DNA of 64,000 bases from a virus (IMGVR_UViG_3300048549_001527); one strand, 5' to 3'; shown: positions 36,122-46,286, counted from the first letter of the stretch. Program-made: numbers and translations. Notes: generated by a model from the letters alone, not told the origin.

Positions 36122-37185
36122 AACCGTGCTATTGGCCTGATCATGGAGCTGTTATAGATTCGCAGGGGTTTATCAAGCCGTGTTGCATGATGGGCGGTTA
36201 TGAGATGTTAAATAATAATCACAACGTTTTAGATGGTATACATATAGACCATACTGATTCTATAAATGAATATTTTTATAGTGATTTTTTAATCTATTTA
36301 AGAAAAAGTTTACAAGAAAACAACATTGAAGGCACACCAGAATGCCATAATTGTAAGCTGCAAATAGAAAATAACGTAGGTCGGCATTTTCAGCAATCAT
36401 ACGAGTATTCAGACTATGCGATGGATGGATCTATTAAATTTTTAGAAATTACCACGAGTAATATATGCAATCAAACATGCGTTACGTGTAACAGCTATTT
36501 TAGTTCTAAGTGGGAAACAATAGAACAACTGTTTAATGATAAATTTCAAAAACGAAAACAGTTTAATTTGTCCAATGATGCAATGGATAAAATTATTAAA
36601 GTTTTACCTGAGCTAAAAGTTCTTAATATAAAAGGTGGAGAACCTTTCGCTGATATTAGAAACGCAAAAATTTTGGAAAAATTAGTAGAAGTAAATCCAG
36701 ATTGCCAGGTTTGGATATTATCAAACGCGTCTATTATTTCTAATAGATTTATAAAAGTACTAAAAAGAATTAAAAACTTAAGCTTAACTGCTAGCTTAGA
36801 TCATATTGGTAAAAAATATGAGTGGATACGAAGTACTCCTTTTGACCAGACTCTATATACACTTAAAAGAATATATGAAGAAACTGGTATCAGATTTAGT
36901 GTTTCGCCTACAATATCATATTTTAATATATTAGATATGGAAGAAATTAAAAGCTTTTACGAAGATTTTGAGTATACAAAATGGCATATTCAAAATTATA
37001 ATGATTACAATTTTGTTCGTTGGCCAGCTGAGATGGATTGTCTTAATACGAGAACTCAAGAAGAGTTAGACTCTATAGATCGCGGACTAATATCTAAGTT
37101 TAATCCTCATAAATATAACGAGTTACAAAATAAAATTAATATTATGAATGAAATAAGAGGATTTGATTGGTCAGATGAATTATAA
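36118..37185 (+). CDS. Radical SAM enzyme with N-terminal Twitch/SPASM-like domain
   Basis: CNQTCVTC, GGEPF; N-terminal CYWP..PCC..CHNC. Confidence 0.9.
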   Translation: MKPCYWPDHGAVIDSQGFIKPCCMMGGYEMLNNNHNVLDGIHIDHTDSINEYFYSDFLIYLRKSLQENNIEGTPECHNCKLQIENNVGRHFQQSYEYSDYAMDGSIKFLEITTSNICNQTCVTCNSYFSSKWETIEQLFNDKFQKRKQFNLSNDAMDKIIKVLPELKVLNIKGGEPFADIRNAKILEKLVEVNPDCQVWILSNASIISNRFIKVLKRIKNLSLTASLDHIGKKYEWIRSTPFDQTLYTLKRIYEETGIRFSVSPTISYFNILDMEEIKSFYEDFEYTKWHIQNYNDYNFVRWPAEMDCLNTRTQEELDSIDRGLISKFNPHKYNELQNKINIMNEIRGFDWSDEL

Positions 37186-38359
37186 GAGATGGCAATGGCA
37201 TAACTTAACGTTTGACGTTGAACTTACTACGCACTGTAATCTCAAGTGCCCACAGTGTTCAAGGACAGATCATAGGAATAATTTAAATAAGATGGAGTGG
37301 TTACCGCTTACGTCTGTTAGCCTAAAAGATTTCATGAAATGGTTTCCTCCGACTATTATACAATCAATTGGGTGTATTCATTTTTCAGGAACTTACGGCG
37401 ATCCTGGGATGTGTAAAGATCTAATGGATATTGTTAAGTATCTTGCGTTAGAAGGTACTTGCCGTATTTCTATAAATACAAATGGATCCATGAGAGATGA
37501 AGAGTTTTGGTTTAACCTTGCGGCTTGGGGTGGTTCAAGACTTCAACTTATATTTGATGTTGACGGTATTGACCAAGAAATGCATAGCTTTTATCGCCGA
37601 GGATCCGATCTCAATAAAGTATTAGATGCAATAGAAGTAACCTCAGGTACTGATGCAAATATCAAAGTACTTACTGTTTTATTTAAACACAATCAAGACT
37701 ATCTTGAAGATATTCGTAATATGGTTAACGAACGCGTACAAAAGCCAATTAAGTTTGATGAAGTAGAAGGAAATAACTTTCAGCATACTGGATCTAAATA
37801 TGAATTTTTAAACGAGAATGGCGAGACTGAAATTCTTGAGCAGGTTACACGACAAGATAGAGAACAAGGATTAGAACGTAGAACTCGTCGAGTACGTGAT
37901 CATCGCCATAAAGATATTGTTACCAATATTAAATCAAATGAATCTAATTTATTACCTATTGAGGATAAACCTATTATACCACAGGTAGTTGAGCCTGTCA
38001 AACAAAAAACGAAAGAATACGAAATAAATTGTTTAGCTGTTGGCGAGAATAATATCAAAGTACAAGCAAGTGGTATGGTATCGCCATGCTGTTATCTTTC
38101 AACATCGTTAGAGCGAGCTGCTATCTACCAAAAAGATCAAGACACTCAATATATGATTACGTCAACTGGCAAACATGCTGATCCCAAACATCCATTAATG
38201 CAAGAATATGTTGACAATTGGAAAGATTTTAATTTACATTATAGTAGTATCTATGATATAATGGAATCAACGTGGTTTAAAGAAAAGCTTCCTGAGCATT
38301 GGGAAACTCCTGAAACGGCTTGCCACGCTTGTGTTAAAGTATGCGGAAAATTAAAATGA
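37163..38359 (+). CDS. Radical SAM enzyme with C-terminal SPASM domain
   Basis: CNLKCPQC, GTYGDP, TNGS; C-terminal C..PCCY..CHACVKVC. Confidence 0.9.
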   Translation: MIGQMNYKRWQWHNLTFDVELTTHCNLKCPQCSRTDHRNNLNKMEWLPLTSVSLKDFMKWFPPTIIQSIGCIHFSGTYGDPGMCKDLMDIVKYLALEGTCRISINTNGSMRDEEFWFNLAAWGGSRLQLIFDVDGIDQEMHSFYRRGSDLNKVLDAIEVTSGTDANIKVLTVLFKHNQDYLEDIRNMVNERVQKPIKFDEVEGNNFQHTGSKYEFLNENGETEILEQVTRQDREQGLERRTRRVRDHRHKDIVTNIKSNESNLLPIEDKPIIPQVVEPVKQKTKEYEINCLAVGENNIKVQASGMVSPCCYLSTSLERAAIYQKDQDTQYMITSTGKHADPKHPLMQEYVDNWKDFNLHYSSIYDIMESTWFKEKLPEHWETPETACHACVKVCGKLK

Positions 38360-38964
38360 ATATTATATTTGTAAAGCACGGAGATAAGTACCACGCAGGT
38401 CATGTAAATCGACTTTATTCTCAGCTTGTTCAATATTACCCAAATGCAAAATTTCATTGTTATACAGAATACCCACAAGGTATTGATGAACAAGTAAATA
38501 TCATTTGGTGTTTTAACAAGCCATCATTAAAGTATTGGTGGAACAAGCTTGCGCTGTTCAGTGAAGATCTTCCTGTAGAAGGTAAGTGTTTGTTCTTTGA
38601 TTTGGATATGGATATTAAAAGAGATCCGTCTGAGTTTATTACATGGAAAGGTCTAACAGTCATACGTGATTATTGGAAAGACGATTTGTATATGGCTCCG
38701 CATGCTTATGATGTACACATAAATAGTTCTGTAATTACATGGACTGCTGGTGAACAGCGCGATGTATGGGAACACTTTTTAGAAAATAAAGATTACTTTA
38801 TGCGTAAGTATAAAGGTATAGACAGATTTATTGTTCACGAAAAGGTACCACACAATACGTTTGAACAAGGCTTAGTGAATAGTGTTAAATCACCTGCAAC
38901 ATGGGATGCGCCAATTGATATGTATAATGGATTGAAATATGAGTTACCGCGAAAATCTTTATAA
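38356..38964 (+). CDS. GT-A glycosyltransferase-like protein
   Basis: VKHGDKY..HVNRL, WWNKL.LF, FFDLD (DxD), INSSV. Confidence 0.7.
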   Translation: MNIIFVKHGDKYHAGHVNRLYSQLVQYYPNAKFHCYTEYPQGIDEQVNIIWCFNKPSLKYWWNKLALFSEDLPVEGKCLFFDLDMDIKRDPSEFITWKGLTVIRDYWKDDLYMAPHAYDVHINSSVITWTAGEQRDVWEHFLENKDYFMRKYKGIDRFIVHEKVPHNTFEQGLVNSVKSPATWDAPIDMYNGLKYELPRKSL

Positions 38965-39607
38965 AAATGCGCTTAAAATAATAGAGCAAATATACCAACA
39001 AAGTAAATACGATCCTTCCGTGGATCTTTATAGAAGCTTTGATGTTATGAATGCTGTTAACGATCCACAACTTGATAGTAAAGAATGGCTTGTTAATAAT
39101 CTCCTCCCATTCATTAATAAAAAAAGATTTTGGCCTGATACGAATGGCGAACTAAAAGACATTTTAGTTATGGGCAGCTGGTATAGTGTTATTGGGATGA
39201 TATTAAAAAATCATATAAGTCCTGATGTTAAAATACATAATGTAGATATGGATCCATTGTGTGAAGAATATTCCCATAAACTAATAAATGGTGATTACGA
39301 AAACATATGGCCTATTACTGACGACGCAATGGAATACTATTTTGAAAGAACAGATCATTTTCAGCTCATTATCAATACAAGTTGCGAGCATATGGAAAAG
39401 GATGATATTCAATTGGTATTAAGACAAAAGCCTTATAATACCTTAATATGTTTTCAAAGCAATAACTATCATGCAGAACCTGAACATATTAATACTCACG
39501 ACAGCTTAGATTCGTTTGTAAAAGAGTTAAATTTAAATGCAGTATATTGGAAAGGCGAACTAAAACCGTCTAAAGATTACACAAGATATATGGTAATTGG
39601 AAAATGA
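38939..39607 (+). CDS. SAM-dependent methyltransferase-like protein
   Basis: LVMGSWY, VDMDP, INTSCEHM, QSNNY. Confidence 0.65.
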   Translation: MSYRENLYKNALKIIEQIYQQSKYDPSVDLYRSFDVMNAVNDPQLDSKEWLVNNLLPFINKKRFWPDTNGELKDILVMGSWYSVIGMILKNHISPDVKIHNVDMDPLCEEYSHKLINGDYENIWPITDDAMEYYFERTDHFQLIINTSCEHMEKDDIQLVLRQKPYNTLICFQSNNYHAEPEHINTHDSLDSFVKELNLNAVYWKGELKPSKDYTRYMVIGK

Positions 39608-41349
39608 AAAGAGTAATTTTTAGTTGTTACGATGAAATTGACGATATGGTCCATGACGAGGAACGTCATTGGATTTTTATGGCAAACGAACAGTCAGTAG
39701 AAGAATACTTTGATAGATTAGTTGAAAACAAAAAAGAGTATTGCGAAAAGATCGGTGTTGATTGGATTTTTTATCGCAACGAAATAAAAGACTTTGACGT
39801 TAAAGATGAAATGCAATTTACAAAGGTCAACTTATATAAACACCACTTGTTTGCTAAACTTGCAGAAGAATACGATGAAGTTATGTATGTTGATATGGAT
39901 GTGGTATTTAATACAGACCTAAATGTATTTGATGAATTGGATTTATCAAAAGGTATTGCAGTTAAAGATATGGATAATGAAATTCAATCAAAAGAAGTTA
40001 ATGAAGTTTTATATTCTTCTGTTGGTATGCGAAATCCGACTCTTAAATACCATATTACAAAAGACCTTTTAGATGGCGGAGATAATCACGTCATAAACAC
40101 TGGCATTATGATTGGTAAAAGCAAGCATATTAAACAAATTAAATATGTTGAAAGAATGCAAGAAGCTTACTCCAAAATACAAGAGATTAGACTTTACGAA
40201 CCCGAAGATCCTGATAATAAAGACGATAGAAATTTAGCATACTTAAGAATAAACTATTATGCTAACAACGAGTCTATCTTTTCGTATATCCTTGAAAAAT
40301 ACAAAGTACCGTATCAAATCATGGATGATAAGTGGCATTGGATTGTAGATCACAGACCTAACGATAGTAAAATAGAAGATGTAAATATAATTCATTTTAT
40401 CAATAAAAAATTTAATGCATTCTTTAACGATAAAACGACTGCTATATATTCAATACATATAGATATTCCTGATGATAAACTCGATGACCCTGTTGGTCCT
40501 GACGACGATAAAGTAAATAAAAGTAAAAGAACTAAGGATCGTCTTGGAAAATATAAAGATAGGTTAATTGAAAACCATAAGTGGTATGCAAAAGAAACAG
40601 GTTCCGAATATATTCATTTTGGGCGTGATGAACAATACGAAGAATTTTTTAATAGATTTCCTGATCTTTCAGAATACGATGTGGTTAATTTGTATAAGGT
40701 TTGGTTACTTGATAAATTAACACACGAATATGATTTAGTTTTGTATGTTGATCTTGACGTTTATTTTGCAAAACCATATAATATTTTTAATTATGTACCT
40801 GCTAGTACAACTTTTTGTTGTCAGGTTCAAACAGCAAGAAACGCAGGCGTTCGTAAAACAAGTAATGAATATTATAAATGGTATAACTTTGATTTTAGGA
40901 GTCCGCATAGTAAATTTTGGAACGCCCACGCTATGCTTGAAGAAGAAGGCTATGAACCTGACCAATACATTTTTAATACCGGTATCATGGCGGCCAGTCG
41001 TGCTGTTATGGAACAAATAGATTACTTCAGCGATATTGATGATGTTATTGAATTGATGAAAGATTTAAAGGAAGACGAGTTTTCAATGTATCTTCCTCAA
41101 ATTCGCTCCGCGTTTGGTTATGATAATGAAACTATTATGGCATATAAAACTAAAAAGAATAATGTTAAGCTATATCCATTACCAAAACGTTGGCACCACA
41201 AACATTTATATAGAAACCTAAAATCGTTTACATATGATACTAAAGAGCATGGAATGTCAAAGCGTGAATTGCAAACAGAAATAGCAGTTGAAGATATCGC
41301 AATGATCCACCTTATATCGAAAAATTTTGAATTAGTGTTTGATAAATAA
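39604..41349 (+). CDS. Tandem two-domain nucleotide-diphospho-sugar transferase
   Basis: Two repeats, each with NLYK, YVDxDV, NTGIM and NE.I motifs. Confidence 0.75.
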   Translation: MKRVIFSCYDEIDDMVHDEERHWIFMANEQSVEEYFDRLVENKKEYCEKIGVDWIFYRNEIKDFDVKDEMQFTKVNLYKHHLFAKLAEEYDEVMYVDMDVVFNTDLNVFDELDLSKGIAVKDMDNEIQSKEVNEVLYSSVGMRNPTLKYHITKDLLDGGDNHVINTGIMIGKSKHIKQIKYVERMQEAYSKIQEIRLYEPEDPDNKDDRNLAYLRINYYANNESIFSYILEKYKVPYQIMDDKWHWIVDHRPNDSKIEDVNIIHFINKKFNAFFNDKTTAIYSIHIDIPDDKLDDPVGPDDDKVNKSKRTKDRLGKYKDRLIENHKWYAKETGSEYIHFGRDEQYEEFFNRFPDLSEYDVVNLYKVWLLDKLTHEYDLVLYVDLDVYFAKPYNIFNYVPASTTFCCQVQTARNAGVRKTSNEYYKWYNFDFRSPHSKFWNAHAMLEEEGYEPDQYIFNTGIMAASRAVMEQIDYFSDIDDVIELMKDLKEDEFSMYLPQIRSAFGYDNETIMAYKTKKNNVKLYPLPKRWHHKHLYRNLKSFTYDTKEHGMSKRELQTEIAVEDIAMIHLISKNFELVFDK

Positions 41350-41375
41350 ATAACGTATAAACAATCGATTGGTAT

Positions 41376-41933
41376 TTGATGTCACTTGAAATAATAGATA
41401 TATTACATGATAAAGATACTTTATTTGAAGTAACAGATAGAGCTGCTGAGATTCACCCAGAAAATTTTAAAACCTTTAGAGATAGAGTAAATGGATACAG
41501 TCATTTCTTTGCAGTAAAATTAGAAGGGGAAATTGTTGCTATATCTGGAATATGGCGATACAAATATTGGCCAGATAATTATTTTAGAGTTGGTGATAGA
41601 AGTTTTTATTTTCCGTCCATACGTCAGTACAATCTAGGTAATCCGTACTATAAACCTAATAAAGCCATTAGCAGCCAAATTTTAATGCCAATGCAAACAG
41701 AAATAGTATTAAAACAAGGTGGAATTCCATTTTATAGTATGCTAAATCATATTAATGCTTTAAAAAGATCTGTTAATATTCAAAATGAAGTGGTAAAAAA
41801 CAAGTATAAAGTTATAGATGGTTTATATTGGACTTGTCCATCTAGTCCAAATAAAAATGAAAAAAGTTGTTGGCAAAACATAGCTACGTTAGAAGGGTTT
41901 AAAAATGATTTTAAATTACCAAGACTTTATTAA
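41376..41933 (+). CDS. Hypothetical protein, GNAT-like suspected
   Basis: FFAVKLEGEIVAISGI strand pattern; assignment weak. Confidence 0.5.
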   Translation: MMSLEIIDILHDKDTLFEVTDRAAEIHPENFKTFRDRVNGYSHFFAVKLEGEIVAISGIWRYKYWPDNYFRVGDRSFYFPSIRQYNLGNPYYKPNKAISSQILMPMQTEIVLKQGGIPFYSMLNHINALKRSVNIQNEVVKNKYKVIDGLYWTCPSSPNKNEKSCWQNIATLEGFKNDFKLPRLY

Positions 41934-42420
41934 TCATATAGAATTAAAATATGATAAAGAAGCTTTGATTAAAGAATTCGATTCAACTGAGCTAGTTCCT
42001 TATACACCTAGTCGCCAAACCAAAGGTGAAACGTGGTTTTCTTATCAACCAGATTGGCTGACAAGGACCATTGATGATTATCGTTTCCTTCCTGAAATGG
42101 ATAAGATTAGAGAGTATATTGCTTCTGTCTATGGTTTTGAACCTGTTGGTAAAATGTTTCAGTTATCTGAAAATATTGAAATACCACCACACAAAGATAT
42201 GGGTCATAGAGCTTGTATTAATATAGTTCTTTCTGAAGATCCTGCTCCAGTGTATTATAAAGACTTTGGAGAAATAACTTATACGTGTGCTATATTAAAC
42301 GTTGCACGAAGACATGGTGTTAAATCTGGCCCAAAAAGAAAAATGATTAAATTTCAATTAGGTAATCTATTTTATAGTGAAGCTGTAGGGATATGGAACA
42401 CAAAGCACTCTATCACATAA
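41905..42420 (+). CDS. HxD..H Fe(II) hydroxylase (AspH/JmjC-like)
   Basis: IPPHKD, CINIVL, NVARRHGV. Confidence 0.75.
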   Translation: MILNYQDFINHIELKYDKEALIKEFDSTELVPYTPSRQTKGETWFSYQPDWLTRTIDDYRFLPEMDKIREYIASVYGFEPVGKMFQLSENIEIPPHKDMGHRACINIVLSEDPAPVYYKDFGEITYTCAILNVARRHGVKSGPKRKMIKFQLGNLFYSEAVGIWNTKHSIT

Positions 42421-42872
42421 ACTTTCCAATTTCAAAAGAACTATTACTTAATGAAGCCATGTCTTTTGATGATTATCAACCTTATCATGATGCAAAGAAT
42501 AATCGCTATTTGGATGATTGGTTGCAAAAACATACAAATGAAGGTTTGGCTTGGGACTTAGCACAGAAATATAAAACTGATCTTGATCTTAGTGACATAC
42601 GACCAAGATATTATATTCAGAAAAGTGGCTTTACTCTCCCTTGGCATAAAGATAGAGGAACTGGGTGCAGCTTTAACTTTGTTCTTGATGGAACATCATC
42701 AATTAGTTTTCGAGATGGCGACTTCTATTATAAGTCAGCAATATTAAACACTCAAGTAGAACACGCAGTATTCCAAACAGAAAAAGACACTGACCGAGTG
42801 CTTCTCAAATTCAGTGTCTTTGATTTATCTTTTGATGAAGTTGTAAAGAGATATCAGGTTAAGTATATGTAA
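42393..42872 (+). CDS. HxD..H Fe(II) hydroxylase (AspH/JmjC-like)
   Basis: LPWHKD, SFNFVL, NTQVEHAV, RVLLKFS. Confidence 0.75.
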   Translation: MEHKALYHINFPISKELLLNEAMSFDDYQPYHDAKNNRYLDDWLQKHTNEGLAWDLAQKYKTDLDLSDIRPRYYIQKSGFTLPWHKDRGTGCSFNFVLDGTSSISFRDGDFYYKSAILNTQVEHAVFQTEKDTDRVLLKFSVFDLSFDEVVKRYQVKYM

Positions 42873-43164
42873 TATCTACAGTAAAGCCAGCTTGTTCCCA
42901 AGCAGCTTTAGCAGTATCATAAAATGCTTTTACTTGATCACTATGAACTGCATCATAGGTTCTTGTGACATTAATAGTATTATTATTTGAGAAATCACGA
43001 GACCAACTTTCTGGCTGAAGAGTTTCCCAAATAAATTCCCACATTGCAACATCATCAACTTCAATGGAGTTAATCAAAACTTCAGAAGTTGCGGATATCA
43101 TATCATCCTCTTGTGCATAAGTTTCTGATGATGCAATAATTATTGTCTGTGTTTCTGTTGTCAT
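42859..43164 (-). CDS. Hypothetical acidic protein with its own late promoter
   Basis: 101 aa, AAGGAG RBS, TATAAATA at 43183-43190 (minus). Confidence 0.7.
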   Translation of the reverse strand: MTTETQTIIIASSETYAQEDDMISATSEVLINSIEVDDVAMWEFIWETLQPESWSRDFSNNNTINVTRTYDAVHSDQVKAFYDTAKAAWEQAGFTVDITYT

Positions 43165-43236
43165 CGATAATCTCCTTTTGATTATTTATAACAATTGTTG
43201 CTGTCTTTAAATTAATATCATAATATACTGCTTCCA

Positions 43237-43824
43237 TTATAAATCATCCTGTCCATTAATGCATAGAATTAATCGAATATCATCTGTACCACCAATATTC
43301 CAGGCACTATGCAAACAACCTGGATTTACAAACCAAGCACTACCATCTGCTTTTAAATGTCTGACTTCTGGTATTTCATCAGTCTTACTTTTCACTGCAG
43401 TCATAGCCCAAGGATTTGTTTTGAGTGGAATATAAACTCGAATACTATAGTTTGTATCATAATCAATATGTGGAAGAATCATAGCACCTGGTTCTTTTAC
43501 GATCAGTCTGCTACGAGTGATTGGTGACTTAAACATACCAATCACTTCTTCAACATATGTTCCTTTGTATTCTGGTAAGATTTCACCATAGCATCTCTCA
43601 TCTTCATTACCATTACTAAGATACGTCAGCTCACCTTTGACTCCAGTAACTGGTGTTTGCTTATACTTGTCATTCAGATAAGGACTACCACAGACCTCAC
43701 TAATTGAATCTTGTTCATGATGGAAGTTTTCAAAACACTTTAAGAGACGATCTACATCAACTTGAACGTGTTCTATTTTTTTAAAATTTGGAAGCTCATG
43801 TCTTCTCTTAAGTGTGGTGGTCAT
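43237..43824 (-). CDS. Aspartyl/asparaginyl beta-hydroxylase-like oxygenase
   Basis: ILPHID, RVYIPL.TN, GCLHSAWNIG, IRLI. Confidence 0.8.
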   Translation of the reverse strand: MTTTLKRRHELPNFKKIEHVQVDVDRLLKCFENFHHEQDSISEVCGSPYLNDKYKQTPVTGVKGELTYLSNGNEDERCYGEILPEYKGTYVEEVIGMFKSPITRSRLIVKEPGAMILPHIDYDTNYSIRVYIPLKTNPWAMTAVKSKTDEIPEVRHLKADGSAWFVNPGCLHSAWNIGGTDDIRLILCINGQDDL

Positions 43825-44356
43825 AATGATTTCCTTCAAAAGGTGCAAAAATATTTATCCACCATTTATTAGTTGGTCCATTTTCGTCATGTCCAAAAAA
43901 GTTTATTAGACCGAAACTAACAAATGATATGGGTAAAAGTGCTGCTAAGTAAAGCAGAACGATTGGATTTATCAAATACGCTATTAAATAAGTTACCAAT
44001 AAAATAATCCACATAAACTTGTGTAAAAACATTGCTCTAGGATTTTTGTATAAAGATTTTATAAATTTTCTAGGAATAGACTTTACTCTAAACGTTGAAA
44101 ACAAAACTGTTATCGCTCCTTTATGTTTTGGGCTGTGAGGGTCTAATTCAGTATCAGAATAAGCATGATGCATTCTATGCATAGCAGCCCAAGTCAACGG
44201 AGATCTTGCGCAACATAGCAATCCAATGTACAAAACAAAAAATTCTAAAATAGGATTTAATTTTAGTTCATTGTGCGATAAACATCTATGATAACCGATA
44301 GTTAATCCTATAGCAGCCATTATCCAATAAAATACGTACAACATTATCAAACTCAT
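43808..44356 (-). CDS. Compact membrane fatty-acid desaturase (delta-9-like)
   Basis: His boxes GYHRCLSH, HRMHHAYSD..DPHSP, NHYDHH; start reassigned to 44356. Confidence 0.85.
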   Translation of the reverse strand: MSLIMLYVFYWIMAAIGLTIGYHRCLSHNELKLNPILEFFVLYIGLLCCARSPLTWAAMHRMHHAYSDTELDPHSPKHKGAITVLFSTFRVKSIPRKFIKSLYKNPRAMFLHKFMWIILLVTYLIAYLINPIVLLYLAALLPISFVSFGLINFFGHDENGPTNKWWINIFAPFEGNHYDHHT

Positions 44357-45066
44357 TTTAACACCTCGTAAGCATTGACCTGAAGAGCAAAAAAGAAAGT
44401 ATATACTCTTTCCGCAGTCGAGTAAGCGTGATGCCATTTTGCTGTATCAGCCAGATATAATCTGCCTTTTTCAACGTTTTCTTCTTCTATATATTCTTGT
44501 TTTTCTTCATCCCAAAAACAAAAATGATTATTTTCTGGATCGTTAGTTCCCCATATTCTCAAATTTGCAGGAGGAATAGTTACATCAATGTGTGGTTTGA
44601 AATGTGCCCCCGTGTTCCATTTTAATATAGTACAACGTGCTAACATTCCGTCAAATATTTGCATAGGATCTAAAGATTTCATATTTTTCATTATTTCATT
44701 TGGATATTTGAAATCTGTATCAAACAATGGGTTGTCTGGATGTTCTAAACACCACACATCCATTGGCCAATTAACTGGACTTGGTTTCATATCAATTGGA
44801 TTTTCAAGGTCTGTAAGTCCAAGAGAATACCTTTCTAAGTCAGTATGAGTAGGTCCAAATTGCTCGAATAAATGGTCGTATCTTTTTATCTCTTCTTCAA
44901 ATAAATCACAATCAATTTTTATATCCAAAGGAACAAGATTTTTAGTGTGAATTTCTCTATACTTTTCTTCAGGTAATCTATCTCGAGATAAAGAAAGATT
45001 TCTAAAATGTTCCCATTCCGGCCAGTTTGATAGTTTATCATAATTAGATCCAGGTTCATAATTCAT
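44353..45066 (-). CDS. HxD..H Fe(II) hydroxylase
   Basis: FKPHID, DTAKWHHAYS, YTFF. Confidence 0.7.
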   Translation of the reverse strand: MNYEPGSNYDKLSNWPEWEHFRNLSLSRDRLPEEKYREIHTKNLVPLDIKIDCDLFEEEIKRYDHLFEQFGPTHTDLERYSLGLTDLENPIDMKPSPVNWPMDVWCLEHPDNPLFDTDFKYPNEIMKNMKSLDPMQIFDGMLARCTILKWNTGAHFKPHIDVTIPPANLRIWGTNDPENNHFCFWDEEKQEYIEEENVEKGRLYLADTAKWHHAYSTAERVYTFFFALQVNAYEVLK

Positions 45067-45599
45067 AGTAAAACTCCAACCAAATGAATTCTTTCTGATC
45101 TACTACCATTAAAGGCTGCATGCATTTTTTCTGTATTAGTAATCCACCACTCATTATAAGGAATATGAAATACCTCATTTTCTATTACCATCTTGCAGGA
45201 TTGATCTGTTTTTATTGGGTAATGCAATCTTTTACTAACATCTTTATGCCAACTAGTACAAGCAAAAGGAACACTGCGCATTAGTCTTAATCTTCCTATT
45301 GTGTATCGATCATTTAGAAGATTAAAAACTTCTTCGAAAATTGTTCCTCTAAAAACATCACACAGAACAATAAAATCTTCATCGTATAGCGGATGTTCAA
45401 ATTTTGGTAAACGAACTATGTTTCCTGCTTTATCTTTAACTACTTTATCCCAATTGTAATATAAGCTTTTACATCCTATAGTCCAGTCATGAGATTTTCC
45501 TCCCGGAGCATTCAAGCAAATTTGGTTAAGATTCCAATTTACCAAACCTTTTGATATGAGCTGTCTTAACTCGTCTTCTAAATTTTCAAAAATTGGCAA
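45063..45599 (-). CDS. Aspartyl/asparaginyl beta-hydroxylase-like oxygenase
   Basis: TSWHKD, RLHYPIKT, NTEKMHAAFNG, RIHLV. Confidence 0.8.
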   Translation of the reverse strand: MPIFENLEDELRQLISKGLVNWNLNQICLNAPGGKSHDWTIGCKSLYYNWDKVVKDKAGNIVRLPKFEHPLYDEDFIVLCDVFRGTIFEEVFNLLNDRYTIGRLRLMRSVPFACTSWHKDVSKRLHYPIKTDQSCKMVIENEVFHIPYNEWWITNTEKMHAAFNGSRSERIHLVGVLL

Positions 45600-45622
45600 G
45601 TCGTTTAATTTAGAAAAGTGTT

Positions 45623-46225
45623 CTATTTTGAAACTCCTTCCAATTGTTTATATGCCCAGATTTTTTCTCTGCATTGCCAACATTCTTTGCATTCATTAAT
45701 AGTATTTGTAAGGCAACTCATTGTATTTGATAAATCTATATTTAACTTATTTGCTAGATCTATAATGTGATATTTATATAAATGAAGAAAAGGCGCGATT
45801 AGTTTATCGTTATTTTGTATTCTCCAAGGTCTGTAAGGAGCACCGTCTTTTAAATCTGGAAAATAATGACTCGGTGGAGTATGATTTATTCCAATGTATA
45901 ATTGATCATATTTACTTTGAATGGAAGCAATGGCTTCTTTTATCCTCAAATCTGGATTTAAAGTAGTTTCTTTAAATCTATGAACTTTTTGATTTGTTAA
46001 GGACTCTACTCGAGATGGATTGTCGAATCCATCTTTTCTATCTATAGTGTACACATCTGGATTATACGACTTAATTAAATTATATAAAACTAAACTATCT
46101 ATACCGCCTGACATCATAAGAGCAATTTTTCCAGCAGGAGATATAGTAACTAATCTTCTATCCCAAGTTGGACCGACTTTATGCATGGTTTTTATATTTG
46201 GAATAGTTTCACCAACTTTAATCAT
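45623..46225 (-). CDS. QueC-like PP-loop ATPase
   Basis: MSGGIDS PP-loop; C-terminal SC..ECKECWQC zinc site. Confidence 0.75.
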   Translation of the reverse strand: MIKVGETIPNIKTMHKVGPTWDRRLVTISPAGKIALMMSGGIDSLVLYNLIKSYNPDVYTIDRKDGFDNPSRVESLTNQKVHRFKETTLNPDLRIKEAIASIQSKYDQLYIGINHTPPSHYFPDLKDGAPYRPWRIQNNDKLIAPFLHLYKYHIIDLANKLNIDLSNTMSCLTNTINECKECWQCREKIWAYKQLEGVSK

Positions 46226-46278
46226 ATTACGAAACACCTTTTACTTTTGCGACCATACTAAAAAATAATGTATACGTA

Positions 46279-46286
46279 TATTTATA
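46279..46286 (-). promoter_or_regulatory. T4 late promoter for the hydroxylase/desaturase operon
   Basis: TATAAATA on minus strand upstream of the QueC-like gene. Confidence 0.7.

Noticed and set aside
45623-46225. QueC as evidence of 7-deazaguanine DNA modification
   Set aside because: No folE, queD, queE or dpdA in the window; gene sits in a late hydroxylase operon far from the DNA-modification cluster. Cannot be excluded for the whole genome
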